Positions 26,938 to 34,900 of a stretch of 64,000 nucleotides of DNA are shown here, piece after piece (the stretch's first letter is position 1; the number at the start of each line of letters is the position of its first letter). The position numbers and the translations under genes were made by a program. Origin of the DNA: Candidatus Undinarchaeales archaeon (lineage in GTDB: Archaea; SpSt-1190; JASMDC01); assembly GCA_030753015.1 (NCBI GenBank), contig JASMDC010000002.1, positions 64,001 through 128,000 on the forward strand. Reading direction: 5' to 3'. The notes beneath the pieces are model-generated. The model ran no database searches. It had not been told where the DNA came from and saw only the letters and a list, made by a program, of their open reading frames with translations.

Positions 26938-29900
26938 TCACCGGCGCGGCGGATATTGTGTACGATTCCCGTACATAGATCCCTGCTGGGGCCAACCTTG
27001 CTGCGCCCCGCGATATCCGCCCGTACCCTTCATTCCGGGACGTCCCGCAACACCGGTCATCGATGTCATTCCCTTGGCGGGGGCCTTGGCGCCGCCACCG
27101 ATGAGGCCCTTCTTCTGTGCAATGAAGGCTCCCGCACCGATCAACACGATGATGACGATGACTGCACCCGCGCCCATGCCACCGCTCTCGGGCTCGGGCG
27201 TCGGTTCGGGTGTCGCTTCGGGCGTGGCTTCCATGGTGGGCTCGACGGTGGTCGTTGACGGTTCGAGCGCGATCGGATGGACCTTATCATAGTTCGCCCC
27301 TTCGACAAGAAGCTCGAGGCTCTCCAATTCGGTGCATTCACTGGTGATGCCTATATCCACGAACCCGCCGGCAGGGACCTCGACGCTCGCGTTGGAAAGC
27401 GTCACGCAGGCAGCACTCTCATCATTGAGAGTAAGCACGATGGTACCGTTGGCATCACCGAGGTTCTCGATCCTGATGGTACTATTCTCATCGAGCGTAT
27501 CGGGTACGGTGAGGGAGAACTCGGGTGCGCTCACGGTCACGGAGAACTTGGCCGTTCGTACAAGGTCGCTCTTGATCCCGTGGGTCACCGAAATAGTGGC
27601 AGTCTGGACACCCCGCTCCTTGGGGGCCGTGGCCTTCACTGTGATGTTGACCGAAGCGCCCGCATCGAGCAGTGGGCGGCTGACGCTCGGAGGTGAGAAT
27701 ACGTCCCTATCCCCGTCAAAGGACACGATGAATGTCGCCTTGCCGTTGCCCTTGTTAATAAGGGTGGCCACGAGTTCGGCCGTTTCCCCGGCCGTAAGAG
27801 CGACATCGCTCACATGGACTTCCAGTTCCATGTCGAGCACCTCCTCGATGTCGACCTCCACGGGGACCGGCACCTTGCGCTGCTGTTCGGTGTAGCCCGT
27901 GGGTAGGGCCTTGACGTGGACCATGTACCGGTCGGGCGTGGACCATGAGATAGGAACGGTGAACACATGCTCGCTGTCCTCCTCGATGAGCACTTCATTC
28001 TCCTCTGCCAGTGCTGTCTCGGAGTAACCCTCAGAGGCGATGAAGTCGAATAGGAGCGGGAAATGGAGGTTGTTGCGTATGATCATGTCGAATGACACTT
28101 CCTCGCCTGCGAGCACGTGGAGCGCTCCGGTCTTCTGCAGGGTGGAGGTGAGTGCGGAGTCCGGCTTGAGCTCATAATCTAGGTCGATGAGGATATCAGT
28201 CACTTCGAAGGTGCGGTTCACGCATGCATATCGCAGCTCATCGTCGAGTTGCATGGGTGTGTCACACGTATATGCTGTCACCTCGATGCTCGTCGCCCGG
28301 CTGAGGCGACACGTCTTCCGATGCGCTTCGAAGAATGCAGTGTAGAGCGATTCCACGGCATCGGCAAGAACAGCTCCCGTCGTTGCGTCGGGGGAAGCCC
28401 GGAACGCTTCGATGTCAGCCTTCAAACGCGCCGATTCAGTGGGCACCCCCATATCATCCGTCCGTGTGGCCAGCACGTCAGCCTCGGTGAAGAAGCTGGC
28501 CATTGGTCCCTCCGCGGTGAAGTTGCCACCATCGGCGAAGAGCTTGGCCAGGAAGAACAACTTCCCCACAGATGTGATGTAGCTCTTCAGATCGAGGTCG
28601 AGCGAGCACCCGATGATGCGTGCCTTCAGGTACTTGTTGGACGAGGCCTTGGCGTCAACGTCCACAGACGAGAAGGGAGGGGTCACAAAGAGGATGTCCC
28701 CTGCGAAGCCGTACCGGTAGGTGTTGCGTACGTTCCCGCCGTTGATGAACTCGAAGTTGCAGCTCATGTCCCATTCGTTCTTGATGCACTCCTTGAGCTG
28801 GATGTGGGAGCTTGTGAAGAACGAGGGGAGGAGAGACACCTTGGCGATACGGCTCAAACGTTCGTCCGATTCCGAGGTGACATTGAGAACGAGATCCCCA
28901 CCAGTTTCTGTCTCCAACCGGACGGTGGTGTTGAGGGTGACGGAGGCCCCTCCGTCGACAGTGACCGAGTGGCATGGTGCGCTCCCTTGCTTGTCCGGCT
29001 GGCCGGTCACCTCGACCCCGCTCACCCAGGCCTTAACACCGGTGGTAGTGCCGCACACGCGGTAGATGTCCTGCTCGAACTTGAGGTTGTGCAGACGGAG
29101 GGCGAACTCCCCTGTCTTGTTGGGGACAACGGTCATATTCTCCGGGGCCGAGATACGGAAGGGTTCGGTGATGCGGTAAGGCACCTTGATGAAGAAGAGG
29201 TCCTGGTGACCTGTCGTGAGGTTGACCCAGATGATCCCGGCGTCCTTGGCCCGGACATGGACCGTCACAAGACTCCCATGGACGAGGTCCTTTGTCCGGT
29301 TCACATAGAGACCCTCCTCGGAATGGCCATGCTTGTCGAGGATGATCTCTCGTGGACCCGAGAGGGCGGGTGAGGATACGTTGAGCGCAACGGAGGTCAC
29401 ATTTACAGGGACGGAGAAGATGAACGTGACGTCCTCGGGGTGATGGAGCGAGAGGTTGTTGTAATGGTGACCGACGACGTAGGTATCGCCTTGCCAACGC
29501 TCCTCTGGGCGCTGAATACCGACGCTGGCCCGGTCAAGGATTCCGTAGGTCACCATCTGTGCAGGCATCAGGCGCGAACCACCGATCTCGTCGCCTTCGC
29601 GGATGGCTATGTAGAACGCGTGGTCCTCGACGAACTCCCGCTCGTAGTTACGAATGACCGTGCCGGGCAGGAGACCGGTCTTGTTCACGACGACGTCCAT
29701 GATGCCGGTGGACCGGTCGAAGCCCTGGAAGAGCATGAATCCCCGCTCGGTCGTGTAATTGACGATGAGCTGAGGGCCCACACGCTTCACGATGTCCCCC
29801 CTGATGAAAGTCTGGTGGAGGAACAGGCTCCGTAGGCCGATGTCCAGGGAGGGGCGGCGGACATCCTTCAACTTACGGGAGGAGGCCTGGTCCACTTGCT

Positions 29901-31971
29901 GGCGCGGATCATCGCCGAACGGGATGAAGGAGGAGAGCTCGAGGCGGTCGTTGCCCCACCGCACGAAGCGGGCATCACTGGCGGTCTTCCCCGCATCGTC
30001 GATGGCCACCTTGAGGACGTTGAATCCGTCCTTGGCCGTGCCCGCCGGTACGTCCACAGTGAGCTTGTAACTACCCTTCACGACATCGTACACGACACCT
30101 TTATCGCCCATGTCCTTGCCATTGAACGTGATCGAATAGGAGTAGGCGTTCTCCATGAAGGGCACGGGGTCGCCCTTGGAGTCGATGAGCAGGAAGGTGA
30201 CGTTGATCCGCTCGGGATCCCTGTCCGCGATTGCCTGCGGTGACAGATCCTCGATGATGAGTTGGTAGCCGTTGGAGCTGCGAGCAGCCCCGAGGCAGTC
30301 GGCCACGACGGTCATGGAACCCCCGGGGGGGATCGTGTCGACTCCTGCTTCCCAGAGCAGGCCCGCCTTCACCGAATCGCATGACACCTCAGTGCGCTCA
30401 CGGTCCGGGACCACGGCCGCTATCGGGGATTTATTGGTGATGTTCACGAAGGCCAGGAGGCGGCCGCCGAGCACGTACGGGGCGTAGTCCACTTCCACGT
30501 TCACCGGGGCTTTGACCGTCACGTCCAGGTCAAGGGTCTCCGAGTCGCCCGTGTCGGACTTGATGGTGAGAGTGTAGTTGTACCAGCCTACAGGAGTGCC
30601 TTCGGGCACGGTCACCTCCATACGTCTGAGGGCGTTGCAGGGGACACCTTCGATCATCTCAGTACATTGTTCGCCCGTGTGGGCCTGGAGCATAACCGTG
30701 GTGCTCGGTTCAGGGCGTCCCGTGATGGTGTTGAGGATGCCTGTGTGGACCTCGTTGGGCCCGGCGAGGCTTAGGGTGATGATGTTGTAGTCGATGGAGT
30801 CAAGGGCCGCGTTGATCTTCTGTGAAAGGCTCCCCAGGCTGAATCCGTCGAAATACTTACCCTTCGTGTCCTTTGTGATGTTGATGAGGTCATAGCAGTA
30901 TCGGTACGCTTCCCGTTCGGTGTCGGGGGCCCAGGCCATACCGGAGCAGTCCTTGGGTTTGGGGACCGTCGTATCGCAAGTATCCCCTGTGTTGCCCTTC
31001 CACGATGGATCGCCACTGCAACAAGTTGACTCGCAGAGCCGCGCCGCGTCTTCTCCCGTGCAGGTGAGGCCGCATTCGTTGCCGGTGGACGTACATGGAG
31101 GGCATGTGGGAGGACAGGGGGACTTCACCTCGCCTTCCGACGGATTGGGTGTGAGCCCGAACACGACGACACCGGCCGCACTAGCCGCGTTGCCCAGCAG
31201 CTCCATCTCATTGTATCGTCCCGTGAACACGGCGGCATCGGTAGTGACGAAGATGATCTTCAGCGCGTCAGGACGCCAGGCACAGGCTCCGTTATCGCAT
31301 TCTCCCGGGAGCGCACCGAACTCGTAGTCACGGCCCCAGTCCTCCTCGATTGCGTACCTGATCGCGTCGTAGGAGTTCTCACGGCAGTCACCGCCCCCTC
31401 CCACGGTCTCGGCCCGGTCCTTGAGCACTTGGAGCCGGTCCTTGAAGTATTGGATATTGTTATCAGTGTCGGTCTCGAAGTCCTTGAACGTTGTGAGCAC
31501 ATCGATGGGATCGCTGGTAGGCCCTGGCAGCTTACGTACGAGATCATCCTGGAAGGGGATCATGGCCACCCTAAGCTTGTTGTTGACCTTGGAACCCATA
31601 TTATAGACAATACTGTCCCAGTCAGTGATGAACTGCCCGAGATCGTCGGCCATACTGGCCGTGAAGTCAGTAACGAAGACAACGTCGATTGACTTGGCCC
31701 GTGCTCCGCGATTGAAGGTGAGCACGCCGATCTCGCTCGTGTCCCCCCAGTACAGGTCGAGCGTGGTCTCGTTCCTGGCGACGAAGGGGGAAACGCAGGA
31801 GTTCCAGTCATCAAGACAAAGACCGAGGTCGCAGTGTATGTCAGTATAGCACATATATGTACGCTCACCGACCGCAGGGACCGTTACGAGGACGAGCACC
31901 AGGAAGAAAAGGCTCGGCAGCCCCCCCTTTCGTTCATCGATCCGGGATCCGTTTATGATTCCATCCCCCAT
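26938..31971 (-). CDS. Large single-pass surface protein with integrin-beta-like vWA head (paralog 2)
   Basis: Signal peptide; DFTASMADDL, DCRENSYDAI and WRPDALKIIFVTTDA; Cys-rich insert, Ig-like stalk, TM and tail. Confidence 0.88.
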   Translation of the reverse strand: MGDGIINGSRIDERKGGLPSLFFLVLVLVTVPAVGERTYMCYTDIHCDLGLCLDDWNSCVSPFVARNETTLDLYWGDTSEIGVLTFNRGARAKSIDVVFVTDFTASMADDLGQFITDWDSIVYNMGSKVNNKLRVAMIPFQDDLVRKLPGPTSDPIDVLTTFKDFETDTDNNIQYFKDRLQVLKDRAETVGGGGDCRENSYDAIRYAIEEDWGRDYEFGALPGECDNGACAWRPDALKIIFVTTDAAVFTGRYNEMELLGNAASAAGVVVFGLTPNPSEGEVKSPCPPTCPPCTSTGNECGLTCTGEDAARLCESTCCSGDPSWKGNTGDTCDTTVPKPKDCSGMAWAPDTEREAYRYCYDLINITKDTKGKYFDGFSLGSLSQKINAALDSIDYNIITLSLAGPNEVHTGILNTITGRPEPSTTVMLQAHTGEQCTEMIEGVPCNALRRMEVTVPEGTPVGWYNYTLTIKSDTGDSETLDLDVTVKAPVNVEVDYAPYVLGGRLLAFVNITNKSPIAAVVPDRERTEVSCDSVKAGLLWEAGVDTIPPGGSMTVVADCLGAARSSNGYQLIIEDLSPQAIADRDPERINVTFLLIDSKGDPVPFMENAYSYSITFNGKDMGDKGVVYDVVKGSYKLTVDVPAGTAKDGFNVLKVAIDDAGKTASDARFVRWGNDRLELSSFIPFGDDPRQQVDQASSRKLKDVRRPSLDIGLRSLFLHQTFIRGDIVKRVGPQLIVNYTTERGFMLFQGFDRSTGIMDVVVNKTGLLPGTVIRNYEREFVEDHAFYIAIREGDEIGGSRLMPAQMVTYGILDRASVGIQRPEERWQGDTYVVGHHYNNLSLHHPEDVTFIFSVPVNVTSVALNVSSPALSGPREIILDKHGHSEEGLYVNRTKDLVHGSLVTVHVRAKDAGIIWVNLTTGHQDLFFIKVPYRITEPFRISAPENMTVVPNKTGEFALRLHNLKFEQDIYRVCGTTTGVKAWVSGVEVTGQPDKQGSAPCHSVTVDGGASVTLNTTVRLETETGGDLVLNVTSESDERLSRIAKVSLLPSFFTSSHIQLKECIKNEWDMSCNFEFINGGNVRNTYRYGFAGDILFVTPPFSSVDVDAKASSNKYLKARIIGCSLDLDLKSYITSVGKLFFLAKLFADGGNFTAEGPMASFFTEADVLATRTDDMGVPTESARLKADIEAFRASPDATTGAVLADAVESLYTAFFEAHRKTCRLSRATSIEVTAYTCDTPMQLDDELRYACVNRTFEVTDILIDLDYELKPDSALTSTLQKTGALHVLAGEEVSFDMIIRNNLHFPLLFDFIASEGYSETALAEENEVLIEEDSEHVFTVPISWSTPDRYMVHVKALPTGYTEQQRKVPVPVEVDIEEVLDMELEVHVSDVALTAGETAELVATLINKGNGKATFIVSFDGDRDVFSPPSVSRPLLDAGASVNITVKATAPKERGVQTATISVTHGIKSDLVRTAKFSVTVSAPEFSLTVPDTLDENSTIRIENLGDANGTIVLTLNDESAACVTLSNASVEVPAGGFVDIGITSECTELESLELLVEGANYDKVHPIALEPSTTTVEPTMEATPEATPEPTPEPESGGMGAGAVIVIIVLIGAGAFIAQKKGLIGGGAKAPAKGMTSMTGVAGRPGMKGTGGYRGAQQGWPQQGSMYGNRTQYPPRR

Positions 31972-31973
31972 CC

Positions 31974-34900
31974 TTACCGCCTCCCGTAATAGGGATACCT
32001 ATTCATATAATTCGAGTTGTAAGCACCGTAACCAGCGGCTCCGTAAGCGGCTTGCTGGCCTTGCATTCCCTGTCGCCCCTGCTGCATAGTCTGGGTTGTC
32101 GTCGCAGCACCTGGCTTCGCCGCTGCGCCGGTGGCCGTAGCGGCCTTCTTCTTCTTCTTCATTATGACGGCACCGCCCCCGATCATGAGAAGAACACCTA
32201 CGATGATGATCGGCCCCATCCCCATGCCACCTTCCCCATCCTGGGGGGCCTCGGGTGTCGGCCCATCACCTATGGACCCATTGTCGATAGGACTGTCCTC
32301 GCTGGGTTCCGGTGTCGCCATGGCGGCCACCTTGAGGGTGAATCTCTTCGAGAATCCGGCCCCCTCGAGCGTGACCTCAAGTTCGCTTGCTTCCTCGCAC
32401 TCGTTCTCCAAGGCAACCGATACAGATCCGCCCGCAGATATCACAATGCTGTTGTTGAGGAGGGTGACGCACGTCGAGGCATCCCCGGTGATGCTCACCT
32501 CGACCTCGCCCTCCATCTCACCGTTGTTGCGCACGACGATGGTACCTGTGCCATCGAGGCTCTCAGGAGCTTTCACGACGATCTCGGGCGCAGTTGCGGT
32601 CACTGAGAGCTCGACATCCTCGGCGACCGACTCATCGCTCTTCGCCAAGACCTTCAGCGTACCCTTCATGGTCCCCCGTTTCTCTGTCGTGACGGCAACG
32701 GTGACGTTCGACGACTCGCCGGGCGCAAGCTCCATCTCCTCACCGTTTATGGAGGACACATCGGCAAGGGCACCCTCCAAGGTAGTGACGAAGGTCTCCT
32801 TACTATTTCCTGTGTTATGCACCTCGACAACGAGGTCGATGCTCTGGGTGGCCTCCACATCGGAAGAGGTCAAATGGGATGTGATGTCGAAGCTGATCTT
32901 CACCTCCACCTCGGGCCTTAGCTCGATCTCGAATCCCTGGGTCTGTTTCGGCATCCCGGAGGGGGTCGTCTTGAGATAGAGGCGCTGGTCGCTTTCGTCG
33001 TCGAGCTTGACGGTCACGGTGAACAAGCGCTCCTCGTTGGAGGGTAAGAGCACTTTTTTCTCCTCCAGAAGGGCGTTCTCAAGGTCGTAGCTCGCCGACG
33101 CGCTGAAGTCGAAGAGCAGGTCGAAGTGCATGCGGTTCCGCAAGACGATGGGGAGCTTCGCCTCCTGTCCGACCAGCACGCCGTATCTCTCACCATCCTC
33201 GAGCACCTTCTTCAGATCCTCGCTGGGCTCGACATCACACTCGAAGGGGAACTGTATGTCCTCGACCGTGAAGGACTTGCTGCTGCATGTGAAGGATGAC
33301 TCGTCCTGCACCTTCAGGGGGGTGTCGCAGACCATGATGTTGGCCGAGATCTTCTTGGCATGGCTCATTGTGCAGGTGGTCCGGAGCGAAGCTATGAATG
33401 CCTCGTTGGCCGCTGCTGCCGCCATGGCCAGTGCGTTCCCTGTGTTCTTGCCGGGCGCGCTCTTGAACGCATCGACAGCGGTCATGAGGGCGGACCGTGT
33501 CACGTCATTGAGTTCGAGTAGGTCGGGCGCTCCTGCCAGAACGTCGAAGGCCGCTGCCATTTCGTTAATCCCACCCGTGAGTGCGTAGCCGTCTTCGGCA
33601 GCGAAGGTCCGGCCGATGAAGTGGGTGGTCCCCAAAGCCAGGAGATGGGCTCTGGCCTCGAGGCTGATATCGCACGCAAGCAGAAGGGCAGAGACATCCA
33701 CGACCTTGGACTGCTTTGATCCCAGGTTGAACTGTTCGTAGGTGAGGTTCCCGATCATGAGGTCCGGCATCACTGCGTAGCGATAGGTGTTCTCTGTGTT
33801 CCCGCCGTTGATGGCCTGAAAGGAGCAGATGAGCTTCCATTTGTCCTTCCGGCATCCTGTAAGAGTGATGGCCGACTTGGAGAAGTCCGCCGGTTTCACG
33901 GCGATCTCGGCCAATCGCTCGAGCAGTGGATCGCTTACGGAGGTGACGTTGAGGGTGAGGGACGCGGCGTCCTCCCGGGTGAGCTCAATCGTCAGGTTGA
34001 CGACAGTCCTCTGGTCCGCCTTCCCGGTCACCTCGTGGCACGGCGGGACCGGGGGGGGCTTCCCATATCTTGAGCCCGTGTCCTCCGGGACCGATGTGAG
34101 CTCTGTGTCACCAGCAAAGACCTTCACACCATCCCCTTTTGCGCATACGCGGAATGTGTCGTCATCAGGTCTGTGGTTGGTGATGCCCAGGGAGAATTCC
34201 GTTGTGAGGTTGGGAACGGCCGTGATGGATGACGGTGCGTCGAGGACGTAGGGCTCGTTCTCCGCGTAGGGGACGGTGACGATCACTTCGTTCCTCATAC
34301 CAGTAGATGCGTTGACTCGCACCGTGCCCTTTCCCGCCACGCCCACGTGGACCTCGAGGACGATCCCCCCGTTGGATTGGACCGTGGCGTTCGCAAAGAG
34401 TGTATCCTCATCGACGCCGCCCTTCCCTGGCTCGAGTGTGAGGGTCCGATTCACCATCGGGGCTGCCACGTCGACCGTGATGGATGGGATCGGTTCGGGG
34501 CTGGAGAACATGAACGGGAGCATCCCCGGTCGGTACAGCGTGTAGTTCTCGTAGTTCAGCCGCACGCCGAACACGGGCCCGTACCATCCCTCACGGAGTG
34601 TGTCTATCGAGGCGTCGGGGAGGGCCATCGAGCCGAACAGCACGTTGGTAGCGGGATCGAGCCGGGACGCACCGATGGCACCGTCCGAGAAACCGATCAG
34701 ATCGAGGTCGTGCTCCAACAGGTAGGGCAGGTCGACAGAACGTGTGATGGTGGCGGGGAGCGCACCCGTTCGGTTGTACGGCACGGTGACCGTACCATCA
34801 TCCTTCCGCTTGGAACGCAACATGATGAAGCCCCTCTTCAGGGTGTGGTTAATGACGAGCTCGGGCCCGATCTTCCTGCTGAGCCCCCCTAGCGAGAAGT

